Shown: positions 51,951 through 63,639, counted from the first letter of the stretch. The stretch is 64,000 bases of DNA from an uncultured cyanobacterium (GCA_963740315.1 CAVUDP010000004.1:320001-384000); one strand, 5' to 3'. Notes: a model not told the origin generated them from the letters alone. Made by a program: numbers and translations.

Positions 51951-53069
51951 TTAAGAAGAACTTTCTCTTCTTTTTTTAGCTGCTCGTTTCTCTTGAATAG
52001 TAATAACAATCAAGGTAATAGCAGTTAGGGGTAAAACAAACCAAAGCATTATATCTATGTAAGTAGATAAAACGTCGCGATTCTTGGTGTAGTATAAAAT
52101 AAGATATCCTGTATAAGCTACGTAATAAAATAAAAATAATACTCCCTCCCAACGATCGATTCGTCTCCCAGAATAAAAAATAGGCAGACAGGCAAAGGCA
52201 ACGGCGATCGCCACTGGAATATCAAATTGAATTGCTTCTATACTAACTGGAATACCTTCTGGTGCAACTATTCCTGAAACTCCAAGAACCGCTAAAATAT
52301 TAAAAATATTACTACCTAAAACATTGCCGACTGCAATATCTCTTTCTCCTCGCAAGCTAGCGACAACAGAGGTAGCAAGTTCTGGTAAAGATGTTCCCAT
52401 AGCAACAATTGTTAAGCCGATAATTAGTTCACTTAATCCTAAGCTTCTGGCTATGACGATCGCTGAGTCTACCAACCAGCCAGAACCTAATACCAACAAC
52501 CCCAAGCCACCAACAACAAAAACTAGATTTTTGAGCCAAATTAACCGTGTTGTTGCTTCTGAATTACTGTACTCTCTAGCAAATTCATCATCTTCTGAAT
52601 TATTGGCATCATTTTTTTGTTTGCTACTTTGATAGATCAAAGACAAAGTATAGGCTATCCCACCAGCAAACAAAATAATACTATCAACTCGACCTAGTTG
52701 CCCATCTAAACTAAATAATAAGAGCAACAAGGACACCCCGATCATAATTGGTACATCAGACCTAATTAATTGCCGAGTCACAATTAAAGGAGCAACCAAA
52801 GCAGATATACCAAGAATAAATAAAATGTTGAAAATGTTACTGCCGACTACATTACCGATGGCAATATCTGGTTGTCCTGCAAAACTAGACATAATACTAA
52901 CTGTCATTTCTGGTGCGCTTGTACCATAAGCGACAACAGTTAATCCTATAATTAAAGGAGAAATTCCTAAAATAGCAGCAATGCGAGATGCACCTTTGAC
53001 TAGAAATTCAGCACCGATTACCAGCAATACTAGTCCTGCTACCAAGAATAAAAAAGTTGTTGGGGTCAT
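51951..53069 (-). CDS. Ca2+/Na+ antiporter (YrbG/CaCA family)
   Basis: Two alpha repeats GTSAPE and GTSLPE, with GNVVGSNIFN and GNVLGSNIFN. Confidence 0.92.
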   Translation of the reverse strand: MTPTTFLFLVAGLVLLVIGAEFLVKGASRIAAILGISPLIIGLTVVAYGTSAPEMTVSIMSSFAGQPDIAIGNVVGSNIFNILFILGISALVAPLIVTRQLIRSDVPIMIGVSLLLLLFSLDGQLGRVDSIILFAGGIAYTLSLIYQSSKQKNDANNSEDDEFAREYSNSEATTRLIWLKNLVFVVGGLGLLVLGSGWLVDSAIVIARSLGLSELIIGLTIVAMGTSLPELATSVVASLRGERDIAVGNVLGSNIFNILAVLGVSGIVAPEGIPVSIEAIQFDIPVAIAVAFACLPIFYSGRRIDRWEGVLFLFYYVAYTGYLILYYTKNRDVLSTYIDIMLWFVLPLTAITLIVITIQEKRAAKKRRESSS

Positions 53070-53529
53070 AAATAAAAAAATATACCTTAATTTAATTATC
53101 AATTAGAATACTTGAATTCCGATTATCTTCAACAATTAAGCTAATAAATTTTAATTAAAATCCCTCTCAAGTAGGGGATCCGACAGTAAACGTATAGAAA
53201 AAAACGCGCAGCGTATAACTAGGGCTTGCTGAAAAAAGAGAAAAAGGAAGCATCTATAGATAAACCGGGTTTTTTATTGCAAGAAGATAAATTTTGATTT
53301 GAATTTTTAATTTGTGCAAGCAATATATTTTAGGCTGAAATAGGAATTTTTAAGTTGATAACTTTAATAACAATGTTTTTAACTATCTTGAAAATGTTGT
53401 CGCATTCGTAGGTTAATAAAAATATCCTATTTTCTCACAATTTCTAATTCTTAACTTTTAATTTCTAACTGTACAGACGTAGCAGTGCTACGTCTCTACA
53501 CTCCTAACTCTTAACTCCTAACTTCTTCT

Positions 53530-55650
53530 ATGCTAGATGAAATCAAACCAAAATCTCCCCGTCATCAACTACCGTTACAACGCTGGCAAATTTATCCACA
53601 AAAAACTCAGTTAGCGCAAAAGCTGGCACGGATGAATAATATGTCACCTTTAATTAACCAGTTGCTAATAAATCGCGGCTTTGATTCACCAGACACGGCA
53701 GAAATATTTTTAAATCCACAATCATTAAGTTTACCGGAACCGTTGGATGAATTTCCAGATTTAGCACTTAGCGTCGAGTTGCTGCAAAATGCAATCGCTA
53801 CTCATTCAAAAATAGCTATTTGCGGCGATTATGATGCTGATGGTATGACTAGCACGGCTTTACTTTTACGGAGTTTGCGGACTTTTGGCGCTGATGTTGA
53901 TTATGCTATCCCCAGTCGGATGCATGAAGGTTATGGTATCAACAAGCGAATTATTGAAGAGTTTTACAATGAAGGTGTAGGAATTATTCTGACTGTAGAT
54001 AATGGTATCTCCGCATTTGAACCGATCGCTAGAGCTAAGGAATTAGGATTAAAAACAATTATTACAGACCATCACGATATTCCCCAGAAATTACCTCCAG
54101 CAGACGCGATTTTAAATCCTAAGTTATTACCGGAATCCTCCGTTTATCGTGGTGTTGCTGGTGTCGGTGCTGCTTATATTTTGGCGATGTCTCTAGCAGA
54201 AAAGTTGGGTAGAGCCGAAGAGATATCGGATACGATGCTGGAATTATTTGCTTTAGGGACAATTGCCGATTTGGCTCCGCTAGTGGGGGTTAACCGTACC
54301 TGGGTGAAGCGTGGTTTACGGTTATTACCCAAATCTCAACTAGCAGGCATACAAGCATTGATTCAAATGGCTGGAGTGCAAGCACTAGGAAGCGGAGGAA
54401 GCCCAAAAGCGGAGGAAACTAGGGAACTAGTTAGTAAATCAATAGGTAGCAATCCAAAATCCAAAATCCAAAATCCAAAATCCCTCAAGCCTGATGATAT
54501 TGGTTTTCGTTTGGGACCACGAATTAATGCGATCGGTAGAATTGGCGACCCCCAAATTGTTATAGAATTATTGACTACTGACGATGTAGGAATAGCACTC
54601 GAACGCGCAATGCAGTGCGAAGCGACTAATGCACGTCGTCGGGAGATGTGCGAGGAAATTGAAAAACAAGCTATTGAATTAGTAGAAGCCGAATATGTAG
54701 CTTCTTTAAAAGACGATCGAGTATTATTTATCGTTCAACCAAACTGGCATCACGGGGTAATTGGTATTGTTGCCTCCCGGTTACTCGAACGTTACGGAGT
54801 TCCGGTATTTATCGGTACTTATGAAGATGACAAGCATATTCGCGGTTCTGCGAGGGGAATTCCCGAATTTAATATATTTGACGCTTTGCAATACTGCGAT
54901 GATTTGCTCGGTAAATACGGAGGACATAAAGCAGCAGGGGGATTTTCTTTACCAGCAGAAAATCTGGAAGCAGTGCGTCAGCGCTTGAGTGAGTTTGCCT
55001 GCTCATGTCTCGAACTTCAGCACCTCAAACCTCTGCTTAAAATTGACACGGAAGCTAATCTCAATCAAATTAATCGAGAACTCTATCAACAACTCAATGC
55101 TTTAGAACCTTGTGGAATTGAAAACCCAAATCCGGTTTTTTGGACTCCCAACGTCAAAGTAGTCGAGCAAAAAATTGTTGGTAAAGGTCATATTAAATTT
55201 ACAGTTGCTCAAATGGTAGACGGGCAACAGTATAAAATCAAAGGCATAGCTTGGCGATCGCGCGATTATTTTCCTTTGCCGACGCGAGTCGATATTGCCT
55301 ACAAACTTAAAGAAAACAATTTCAACGGTAATACGAATATTGAATTAGAATTATCAGGAGTCAGACTTCCTTCTTGTTCTCGCTTCTTTTTTACTTATAA
55401 AAGTGAACCCGTTAGAACCACCTTTGAATACAGCGATCGTCAGTATATCTGCGGCATTTATCAAAACGGTTCTTCAGCAGAATTAAGAATTAAGAGTCCC
55501 GAAGACAAAATTTTAGCGCTTCAGTCAGGACATGATATCGGTATATTAGGAATCGATCGCGAACAAGCCGAAAAGGTTGATATATCTCAACCCCCTTACT
55601 ACGATATTATTCAAGCTGCCTTGAAAGCCTTAGAAGAAGTGAGGAGTTAG
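53530..55650 (+). CDS. recJ: ssDNA exonuclease RecJ
   Basis: GDYDADG, TVDNG, TDHH, GPRINAIGR, GGHKAAGG. Confidence 0.95.
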   Translation: MLDEIKPKSPRHQLPLQRWQIYPQKTQLAQKLARMNNMSPLINQLLINRGFDSPDTAEIFLNPQSLSLPEPLDEFPDLALSVELLQNAIATHSKIAICGDYDADGMTSTALLLRSLRTFGADVDYAIPSRMHEGYGINKRIIEEFYNEGVGIILTVDNGISAFEPIARAKELGLKTIITDHHDIPQKLPPADAILNPKLLPESSVYRGVAGVGAAYILAMSLAEKLGRAEEISDTMLELFALGTIADLAPLVGVNRTWVKRGLRLLPKSQLAGIQALIQMAGVQALGSGGSPKAEETRELVSKSIGSNPKSKIQNPKSLKPDDIGFRLGPRINAIGRIGDPQIVIELLTTDDVGIALERAMQCEATNARRREMCEEIEKQAIELVEAEYVASLKDDRVLFIVQPNWHHGVIGIVASRLLERYGVPVFIGTYEDDKHIRGSARGIPEFNIFDALQYCDDLLGKYGGHKAAGGFSLPAENLEAVRQRLSEFACSCLELQHLKPLLKIDTEANLNQINRELYQQLNALEPCGIENPNPVFWTPNVKVVEQKIVGKGHIKFTVAQMVDGQQYKIKGIAWRSRDYFPLPTRVDIAYKLKENNFNGNTNIELELSGVRLPSCSRFFFTYKSEPVRTTFEYSDRQYICGIYQNGSSAELRIKSPEDKILALQSGHDIGILGIDREQAEKVDISQPPYYDIIQAALKALEEVRS

Positions 55651-55905
55651 GAGTGAGGAGTTAGCAGTTAGGAGTGAGGAGTTAGCAGTTAGGAGTTAGC
55701 AGTTGTAATATTTTGGATTTTGGATTTCGGATTAAAGATACTTGTATTTATTTAGGAGTGAGGAGTTGTGATATTTTGAATTTTGGATTAAAAATACTTG
55801 TATTTAGTTAGAAGTTAGAAATTTTGAACATGCAGACCTTTAACATGCAGACCTTTGACCTCTTAAAGGAGTTAAGAGTCAAGCTCATAACTCCATTAAA
55901 AAGCA

Positions 55906-56025
55906 TTACATATCGCCACCGCGAAATGCTAATACGAAAATTACCGCAGGTCCAGCTAACATAATCAGTCCTACAGACGCAAGCTGAAAAATAACTTCCC
56001 AATTGATATTGGCTAAAGCTTCCAT
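55906..56025 (-). CDS. psb30: Photosystem II protein Psb30 (Ycf12)
   Basis: [39 protein letters not shown] with a GGAGG SD. Confidence 0.92.
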   Translation of the reverse strand: MEALANINWEVIFQLASVGLIMLAGPAVIFVLAFRGGDM

Positions 56026-56281
56026 TAATTCCTCCCAGTTGTCATTAAAAAAATGAATAAAAAGAAAATTCTTTCCTGGATATAGATCATATCCGGCAAT
56101 TGGTAGCAAATTTTAATTTACTTAACAAAATTATAGAAAAAGAAATAAAAAATGAAGAAAAGGTAATCGATTTTAAGATAGGGTTTTCGTAAAATACGTA
56201 AAATATAACAATTTAAAATTTTACCCTCTTAAAATTGCAAAATAATTATTAACCTTTATTACTTAACTGAAAATAAAAAAA

Positions 56282-56632
56282 ATGGCAACTTGGCAATGTG
56301 TAAAGCGATGTGGAGCCTGCTGTTATCTTGACCCAGCAGAGCGTCCGGATTTAGAAGAATATTTAACTGCGGAAGAATTACAAGAATATCTCAGTATGGT
56401 CGGCGAAGATGGATGGTGCATAAATTACGATCTTAGCAGCCGTGAATGCAGTATTTATGCTGAACGTCCGCGTTTTTGCCGCGTAGAGCCAGAAGTATTT
56501 AAAGACTTATTTGGTATTGAACCCGAAGAATTAAACGACTTCGCCATTGAATGCTGTCACGAGCAGATAGAATCATTGTATGGCGATCGCAGTTTTGAAA
56601 TGATGCGATTTAATAAAGCAATTGGGATATGA
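56282..56632 (+). CDS. YkgJ-family CxxxCxxCC cysteine-cluster protein
   Basis: CVKRCGACC...C..Y...CSIYAERPRFCR. Confidence 0.88.
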   Translation: MATWQCVKRCGACCYLDPAERPDLEEYLTAEELQEYLSMVGEDGWCINYDLSSRECSIYAERPRFCRVEPEVFKDLFGIEPEELNDFAIECCHEQIESLYGDRSFEMMRFNKAIGI

Positions 56633-56990
56633 TTGGGGATTGGTAATTGGGGATTGGTAATTGGGGATTAGGGATTGGTAATTGGGGATTGGTAATTGGG
56701 GATTAGGGATTGGTAATTGGGGATTGGTAATTGGTATATAATAAGCGAGCAAGATGCTCGCACTACAATAAATAATTTATTTTCCCCTTGTCCCCCCATC
56801 TCCCCATCCCCCCATCCCCCCATCCCCCCATCCCCCCATCTCCCCATCTCCCCATCTCCCCATCCCCCCATCTCCCCATCTCCCCATCTCCCCATCTCCC
56901 CATCCCCCCATCTCCCCATCCCCCCATCTCCCCATCTCCCCATCCCCCCATCTCCCCATCCCCCCATCCCACAATCTCCCCATCCCCCAA
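56633..56990. repeat. STRR arrays (GGTAATT/GGGGATT heptamers; long CCCCATCY octamer array)
   Basis: More than 20 tandem octamers at ~56783-56990; source of the spurious low-complexity ORFs. Confidence 0.92.
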
Positions 56991-57154
56991 TCTCCTCAAA
57001 CGGACGGCAACTACACCTTATAGCTTACGGCTCTCCCCACTGCCACTGCATATGAAATAAAGATACATTATCCTTAAGAAAAGTAGACAAATGTTTAAAA
57101 AAAAGTGAATTTGTTTTCACTGCTAACCGTTCAGCGAGGGAGCAAGAACCCATT

Positions 57155-59608
57155 ATGTTTGAACATTTTACTTCTGAAGCAATTAAGGTAGTTATGCTCG
57201 CCCAGGAGGAGGCACGTCGCCTGGGGCACAATTTTGTAGGCACGGAACAAATTCTCTTGGGATTGCTAGGAGAAGAAACGGGTGTTGCTGCCAAGGTGCT
57301 GACGGATATGGGTGTAACTCTTAGAGATGCACGCCGTGAAGTCGAAAAAATTATTGGTAGAGGTTCTGGTTTCGTTCCACCAGAGATTCCTTTTACTCCT
57401 AAAGTTAAAACTCTATTTGAGCAGTCTTTTAAGGAAGCTCGCTCTCTTGGACATAATTATATTGGTACGGAACATTTGCTTCTCGGCTTGACTGAAGCTG
57501 GTGAAGGTGTTGCTGCTAAAGTATTACAAAATCTAGATGTTGATTTGAAGCAGCTTCGTACTGCTGTTATCCGCCGTTTGGGTGAAGTCGCATCTGTTGG
57601 TGCTGGCGTTGGCGGTGGTAGCAACAGACGCAACCAAACTGCTACTTTAGAGGAATTTGGTAGAAATCTAACTAAATTAGCCGCTGAGGGCAAACTAGAC
57701 CCCGTAGTTGGTCGCGAAAAAGAAATTGAACGTACTGTTCAAGTCTTGGGAAGACGTACCAAAAATAACCCCGCATTAATTGGCGAACCTGGAGTTGGTA
57801 AAACTGCGATCGCCGAAGGTTTAGCACAGCGAATTGTTAATAACGATGTACCTGAAATCTTGCAAGATAAGCAAGTAATCAGTCTTGACATGGGTTCGGT
57901 AGTAGCTGGCACTCGTTTCCGTGGTGATTTTGAGGAACGTCTCAAGAAAATCATGGAGGAAATCCGCTCGGCAGGAAATATCGTCCTCGTGATCGATGAA
58001 GTACATACTTTAGTTGGTGCGGGTGGGATGGAAGGCGGTATGGATGCTGCCAATATTCTTAAGCCAGCGTTAGCTAGAGGCGAACTTCAGTGTATTGGAG
58101 CCACGACTCTTGATGAGTACCGCAAGCACATCGAACGCGATGCGGCTTTGGAACGTCGTTTCCAGCCAATTAAGATTGGCGAACCTTCAGTAGATGAAAC
58201 GGTTGTAATTTTACAAGGCTTGCGCGGTGCTTACGAGCAGCATCACAATTTAACAATATCTGACGAAGCATTAGTTGCAGCCGCCGAACTTTCCGATCGA
58301 TATATCTCAGATCGCTTTTTACCCGATAAAGCTATCGATTTGATTGATGAAGCTGGTTCGAGAGTGCATTTGCGTCATTCGATGGCTTCTAGCGATCGCG
58401 ATTTGAAGCGTCAAATTTCTGCACTTGGCAAGCAGAAAAACGAAGCGGTGAAGTTACAGGACTTTGACAAAGCTTCCGAACTCCGCGACAAAGAAATGGA
58501 GTTGGAAGTACAGCTTAAAGATGCTGAATCTGGCGAACAGATGATTAGAGCCGTTGTTGGCGAAGAAGATATTGCTCAAATCGTATCTTCTTGGACAGGC
58601 GTACCCGTCAACAAGCTGACAGAATCCGAATCCGAAGTGTTGCTGCATTTAGAAGATACCTTACACCAACGGCTGATCGGACAAGAGCAAGCAGTTACCG
58701 CAGTATCCAAGGCAATTCGCCGCGCTCGCGTTGGCTTGAAGAATCCCGATCGCCCAATTGCTAGCTTTATTTTCTCAGGTCCTACGGGAGTTGGTAAAAC
58801 AGAATTAGCGAAATCCTTGGCTTCCTACTTCTTTGGTTCCGAAGAGAATATGATTCGGTTGGATATGTCCGAATTCATGGAACGCCATACCGTCAGCAAA
58901 CTAATCGGTTCACCTCCGGGTTTTGTCGGATACGACGAAGGCGGACAATTAACCGAAGCCGTGCGCCGCAAACCTTATACGGTTATCCTTTTCGACGAAA
59001 TCGAAAAAGCGCACCCCGACATATTTAATATGTTGCTGCAAATGTTGGATGAAGGTCATCTTACCGATGCCAAAGGTAGGAAAGTAGACTTCAAGAATAC
59101 TTTGATTATCTTGACTTCCAATATTGGCTCGCGAGTAATTGAAAAAGGTGGTGGTGGTTTAGGCTTCAACGTCGAAGATGAAGCAGAAGCTAACTACAAC
59201 CGCATCAAAACCTTGGTTAACGAAGAACTTAAAAACTACTTCCGTCCGGAATTTCTCAACCGTCTTGATGAAATTATCGTCTTTACTCAACTTCAGAAAG
59301 ACGAAATCAAAGAAATCGCCGAAATCTTGCTCAAAGAAGTTACTAGCCGTTTAGCTGAGAAAGAAATCAGCTTGCAAATGAGCGAAAGCTTCAAAGATTT
59401 AGTAGTGCAGCAAGGATACAATCCCAGCTACGGTGCCAGACCATTACGTAGAGCAATAATGAACCTCTTAGAAGATTCATTAGCAGAAGCAATGCTCTCA
59501 GGTCAAATAACCGCAGGCGATACAGCAGTCATAGACGTTGACGACGACGGAAAAGTCAAAGTCATTAAAGCGGAGAAATCCGAATTCGAGTTTGCCAATG
59601 TTGGCTAA
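57155..59608 (+). CDS. clpC: ATP-dependent Clp protease ATPase subunit ClpC
   Basis: Double Clp-[12 protein letters not shown]-like coil, [15 protein letters not shown] ClpP-binding loop, GARPLRR. Confidence 0.94.
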   Translation: MFEHFTSEAIKVVMLAQEEARRLGHNFVGTEQILLGLLGEETGVAAKVLTDMGVTLRDARREVEKIIGRGSGFVPPEIPFTPKVKTLFEQSFKEARSLGHNYIGTEHLLLGLTEAGEGVAAKVLQNLDVDLKQLRTAVIRRLGEVASVGAGVGGGSNRRNQTATLEEFGRNLTKLAAEGKLDPVVGREKEIERTVQVLGRRTKNNPALIGEPGVGKTAIAEGLAQRIVNNDVPEILQDKQVISLDMGSVVAGTRFRGDFEERLKKIMEEIRSAGNIVLVIDEVHTLVGAGGMEGGMDAANILKPALARGELQCIGATTLDEYRKHIERDAALERRFQPIKIGEPSVDETVVILQGLRGAYEQHHNLTISDEALVAAAELSDRYISDRFLPDKAIDLIDEAGSRVHLRHSMASSDRDLKRQISALGKQKNEAVKLQDFDKASELRDKEMELEVQLKDAESGEQMIRAVVGEEDIAQIVSSWTGVPVNKLTESESEVLLHLEDTLHQRLIGQEQAVTAVSKAIRRARVGLKNPDRPIASFIFSGPTGVGKTELAKSLASYFFGSEENMIRLDMSEFMERHTVSKLIGSPPGFVGYDEGGQLTEAVRRKPYTVILFDEIEKAHPDIFNMLLQMLDEGHLTDAKGRKVDFKNTLIILTSNIGSRVIEKGGGGLGFNVEDEAEANYNRIKTLVNEELKNYFRPEFLNRLDEIIVFTQLQKDEIKEIAEILLKEVTSRLAEKEISLQMSESFKDLVVQQGYNPSYGARPLRRAIMNLLEDSLAEAMLSGQITAGDTAVIDVDDDGKVKVIKAEKSEFEFANVG

Positions 59609-59796
59609 AAGTTATACCAGAAATAATTTTGGTGGTAACATACTCATAAGAACCCTTTGTCAAAAGAAAAACTTCTATACTTCCGAAGAACGGGTTTTCC
59701 ACCCGTTCCAGGAAAGAAGAAGTAAATATAAAGCTTGGGGGGATGTAGAGAATTTACTTAGGCAAACATTGTATGAAATGGTAATAACTCTTTTAA

Positions 59797-59828
59797 CCCC
59801 CGGTAGCGATACTGGGGGATTTTTATTT
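59797..59828 (+). terminator. Intrinsic terminator downstream of clpC
   Basis: CCCCCGGTA-GCGA-TACTGGGGG followed by a T-rich run. Confidence 0.65.
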
Positions 59829-59959
59829 GATGGTTAAAAAGGTTTGTAGTAAGCGCTTAAGCGCCTCTCCGTATTTAGTGCTGTGAAGTTAAAATTTCGT
59901 TATAAGAATTAGTTTGAATTTCTATCTTTATATACATTGATTATTACTGAGGTATACAG

Positions 59960-60487
59960 ATGAGGATAAGTGTTGAAGAGTTATTGCAGCGTTATGAGAA
60001 GGGGGAAAGAGATTTTGCTGGGGCTGAACTTTGGAGAGGCAAGTTAGAAGACGCTGAATTGCCAGGAATTAATTTGAGCAAAGCTAATTTGCATGGGGCT
60101 AAGTTGAATAGAGCTAATTTGAGTGGGGCTAATCTTAGTGGAGCCAATTTGGATTGCGCTCAACTCGAAGAGGCTGATTTAACCGGGGCTAATTTGAGTA
60201 AAGCTTATATCTCTGAAGCTATTCTTACTTGGGCTAATCTAACTGAAGCTGATTTAAGTAGAGCCAGTTTGGCTGAATCTAGCTTGCACGAAGCTAACCT
60301 CACCAATGCAAAAATGACTGGAACTGACTTAGGTGTTCCTTGTTTGACGGTCGCAAATTTGACTAACGTTGACTTGAGCAGTACTTGGATTGATTTGCCC
60401 GATGGAATAGAGAATCCCAGAGTTGCTGGAGCTATATTTTGTAACACCACTATGCCTGACGGAACTAAGATAAGAAGTTTTTTCTAG
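59960..60487 (+). CDS. Pentapeptide repeat protein
   Basis: ELLQRYEKGERDF start, A(N/D)Lxx repeats, FCNTTMPDG end. Confidence 0.93.
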   Translation: MRISVEELLQRYEKGERDFAGAELWRGKLEDAELPGINLSKANLHGAKLNRANLSGANLSGANLDCAQLEEADLTGANLSKAYISEAILTWANLTEADLSRASLAESSLHEANLTNAKMTGTDLGVPCLTVANLTNVDLSSTWIDLPDGIENPRVAGAIFCNTTMPDGTKIRSFF

Positions 60488-60761
60488 ATTAATATTAGTA
60501 GGTTGAGTTTTTCAATGCGTGTAACCCAACATCAGCTATAAGAAAAACAAACAAGTTTGAAATTACGAAAATATCCGGTGGGAAAATAAAAAAATATTCT
60601 CCGACCGATTTTTATATATTGATATATTTCTCGTAAATCATCACAAAAAATGTTGGGTTACGGCGCAAGGGGAAATTTATTGTGTTCTTAGAAATATTTT
60701 TGTGCGCCGTGAAGCCAACCTACTGAGAATCGAGCTACTACTCTTCCCTACTCCCCGATCG

Positions 60762-61979
60762 TTAATCCTTCAATAACAGATAGTAAAGCTCACCTTTATT
60801 GACAATAGCACCAGCGCGATCGCCTGCTTGTTTGCCGACACCGATATAGTAATCAACTCTACCGCTCGTTTTGATTGCACCTCCTGTATCTTGATCGAGT
60901 ACGTACCGACTTACAAGGCGCTGTTCGATTTTGCCTCGATCGATAAATGGAAAAGGAGCGCGAATTATGGCTAATGCACCAGGAGGCATCAAGGATTTAT
61001 CTGTAGCAATGGATCTTTCTGGTGTAACTGGAACATTAAGGCTGCCGATTGCAGGAGCATTTTTAGTATCTTTAAAAAAGATAAAACGCGGGTTTCTAGG
61101 TAAGTATTCATTTTGGCTTTGGGGATTTTGCTCTAAGTAATTAATAACTTTTTCTAAGGAAATTCCTTCTTGTTCCAATTTCCCATCTTTGATTAATTCT
61201 TTACCTAAACTGACATATTCGTAGTCGGTATTTCCTGCATAGTTAATTGAAGTAGTAGTTCCATCTGCAAATTCCAAGACGGCAGAACCTTGCACTTGAG
61301 CGATAAAAGCATCTATGCGGGATTTCAGCCAAAATAATTCTAAACCTTTAAGTTTGCCTTTTTCTGCTTGTAAACCGTCTGCACCTTCCAATTCTAAACG
61401 GGTGGGATGGGGTTTACTCCAACTTTTAAAATCGTCGGGTAAACGATAAACGGGATAGCGATAAACTGAAGTTTGTTTGCGACTTGCTTGGTAAATTGGT
61501 TTGTAATAACCAGTGAATAAAATAGTACCTTGATTGTCGGAACCGATAGATTTATAAAATACAAATTCTTTGTTAACAGCGTCTTGTAATTCTTGGGCGT
61601 TTTGAGAATTAACAACTAATTCACGAAATCTTTTCAGGCTTTTTTCAACTCTTTCTCGCGTGATATCCGCAACAATATATTTTTGATAAACTGCTTCTGC
61701 TTTTGGTGTTTGCAGATAGCTTAAACTATAGTCAATTGCTTTAAGTAAATTTTCTTTATCTCCACCTTCTCCCCAGATTTGATTGTCGATAAAATATGTA
61801 TCATCTTGTGGTAACGATGCTTGTAATAACGGAGGTGCCTTTTCACTTGTTTGAGGCTCTGCGGGTAGTGTTTGCTCTTGGCTAAGTTGCTGAGAATTAC
61901 AAGCAAATATTGGTAAGCAGCAAAGATAAGTTGTTAGGATTAATGCTAACTTATTAGAATGCTGATGTTTAGATTGCAT
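60762..61979 (-). CDS. mltA: Murein transglycosylase A paralog (lipoprotein)
   Basis: IFAC lipobox; FTGYYKP; QVQGS; RSIATD; DQDTGGAIKTSGRVD. Confidence 0.9.
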   Translation of the reverse strand: MQSKHQHSNKLALILTTYLCCLPIFACNSQQLSQEQTLPAEPQTSEKAPPLLQASLPQDDTYFIDNQIWGEGGDKENLLKAIDYSLSYLQTPKAEAVYQKYIVADITRERVEKSLKRFRELVVNSQNAQELQDAVNKEFVFYKSIGSDNQGTILFTGYYKPIYQASRKQTSVYRYPVYRLPDDFKSWSKPHPTRLELEGADGLQAEKGKLKGLELFWLKSRIDAFIAQVQGSAVLEFADGTTTSINYAGNTDYEYVSLGKELIKDGKLEQEGISLEKVINYLEQNPQSQNEYLPRNPRFIFFKDTKNAPAIGSLNVPVTPERSIATDKSLMPPGALAIIRAPFPFIDRGKIEQRLVSRYVLDQDTGGAIKTSGRVDYYIGVGKQAGDRAGAIVNKGELYYLLLKD

Positions 61980-62077
61980 TATTTTTTAATTAGAGAATAG
62001 GGTTGGGGGGAATTATAACTCAAAGTAACTTAGAATTAATTGTTAATTGTTCATTGTTCATTGTTAATTGTTCATTG

Positions 62078-62788
62078 TCACAATCCTGCAAACCATTCAT
62101 AACCTTGATCTTCCCAATACCCTTGACGAGGCAATAAATTACTAACCAAAGTAACTCTTGTTACCCATTTACTTTGCTTGTAACCAAGTTTAATTGGGGA
62201 AGCCAAACGTAGAGGGGCACCGTTATCAACTGGTAAAGATTCGCCGTTTTTCTCGTAGGCTAATAAAGTTTGAGGATGCAAGGTTGAAGCAATATCCCAA
62301 CTTGAATAATAACCATCGGCAGATAGGAAATAAGCATATTTAACCGTTGGTTTCGGTTGTGCGATCGCTACAAGTTCCCGCAAGCGAATACCTCCCCATT
62401 GGACAATTGCAGCCCAACCTTCTACACATACGTGACGAATTACCGTAGAAGTTAAAGGTAAATTTTTAATATCTTCCATGCTCAAGCTGAGGGGATTTTC
62501 TACCTCACCATCAATAATTAAACGAAATTTTTCTTGGTTAATAAGTGGGGTGGATCTATATGTATTTACTATCAAACCTTCCGGCTCGATTTCGTTAGGT
62601 GAAAATTCCGGTACCGGCGTTTGAGGTTTTAATAATAAAGATTGAAAATTCTCATTCAACGGTTCGGAAAGCGTACCAACTACATCTTCAAATAACGGAG
62701 TACCGCAGCCACCTAAAAGTAAGCTGATACTGGATAAACCAGATATTTGTAATAATTTACGGCGTGTTAAATGTAATTTTGGTTTCAT
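62078..62788 (-). CDS. Molybdopterin oxidoreductase, sulfite oxidase/MsrP(YedY)-like, Tat lipoprotein
   Basis: TRRKLL Tat motif, LGGC, HVCVEGW, NGAPLRL, GYKQSKWV, GYWEDQGY. Confidence 0.88.
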   Translation of the reverse strand: MKPKLHLTRRKLLQISGLSSISLLLGGCGTPLFEDVVGTLSEPLNENFQSLLLKPQTPVPEFSPNEIEPEGLIVNTYRSTPLINQEKFRLIIDGEVENPLSLSMEDIKNLPLTSTVIRHVCVEGWAAIVQWGGIRLRELVAIAQPKPTVKYAYFLSADGYYSSWDIASTLHPQTLLAYEKNGESLPVDNGAPLRLASPIKLGYKQSKWVTRVTLVSNLLPRQGYWEDQGYEWFAGL

Positions 62789-62994
62789 GGTGTTAATAGT
62801 TAGTATTTGTAGGGTGTGTGACGCTTAGATAAATGCTGCAAAGAACATTAAAGTATTCTAGCGTCACGCACCATCTTTTATTTATGATGATAATGTTTTT
62901 CGCGATAAATAAAAAACAATTAAAAATTTGAGAAGCTTCCACAAAAGTTTTATACCTTAAAATTGCACTCCATTTTTTTACAAATAACTGTAAT

Positions 62995-63507
62995 ATGAAT
63001 GTAAATCTAATTCCCATATCAACACTTTTTATCGGAATCAACGGTTTTATTGCCTTTGTACTTTCTTATATTGTGGCAATGGAACGCACAAAAACGAGGG
63101 TTTGGCATGGTGAATCAAATGTTGATGTAAAAGGGCAACCCGATTATTTAGAAAAGCCAAATGCATGGGCTGGTTTTTTAGAGAATCTGACTCAAAAGCT
63201 GGTTGAAACGAAAACGGAAGATGATGGTATTTTACAGCGTAAGGTTCGCGCTCATAGTAATTTTACAGAATACGTTCCCTTAGCATTACTGTTAATTATT
63301 GCTTTGGAATTCATGAATGCAGCTTCTGTTTTAATTTGGCTTTTAGGAAGCTGTTTAACAATAGCTCGAATTGCTCATGCATGGGGTTTAATTAAAACAT
63401 ATGGTCCTTCTCCTGGTAGGGCTTTTGGTTTTTTTCTGACTTGGTTTGTTTATTTATTAGGTGCTGGTGCTTGTGTTTTTTATGGGGTTAAAGCTTTGAT
63501 TTCATAA
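62995..63507 (+). CDS. MAPEG-family membrane protein
   Basis: RAHSNFTEYVP...RIAHAWG. Confidence 0.85.
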   Translation: MNVNLIPISTLFIGINGFIAFVLSYIVAMERTKTRVWHGESNVDVKGQPDYLEKPNAWAGFLENLTQKLVETKTEDDGILQRKVRAHSNFTEYVPLALLLIIALEFMNAASVLIWLLGSCLTIARIAHAWGLIKTYGPSPGRAFGFFLTWFVYLLGAGACVFYGVKALIS

Positions 63508-63639
63508 ACACTTATAAATATAGAGAAAATAAAAAGAGAATTGCACTATCTGTAGCTGAATTTGAGTAAATTGCTGTAAAACCTAGCGATTATCGTTAAG
63601 ATAAAATTACAAGTTTTACAAATTTGATTAATAAATAAT

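Noticed and set aside
53219..53345. IS-like end GGGCTTGCTGAAAAA
   Set aside because: No matching second end or transposase found; at most a remnant
56668..57060. Several ORFs with WGDGEMG or PHLPIS repeats
   Set aside because: Translations of the CCCCATCY octamer array, which is stop-free in many frames; not credible genes
59538..59837. 99-aa ORF overlapping the clpC end
   Set aside because: Runs through the terminator hairpin and has no recognisable features
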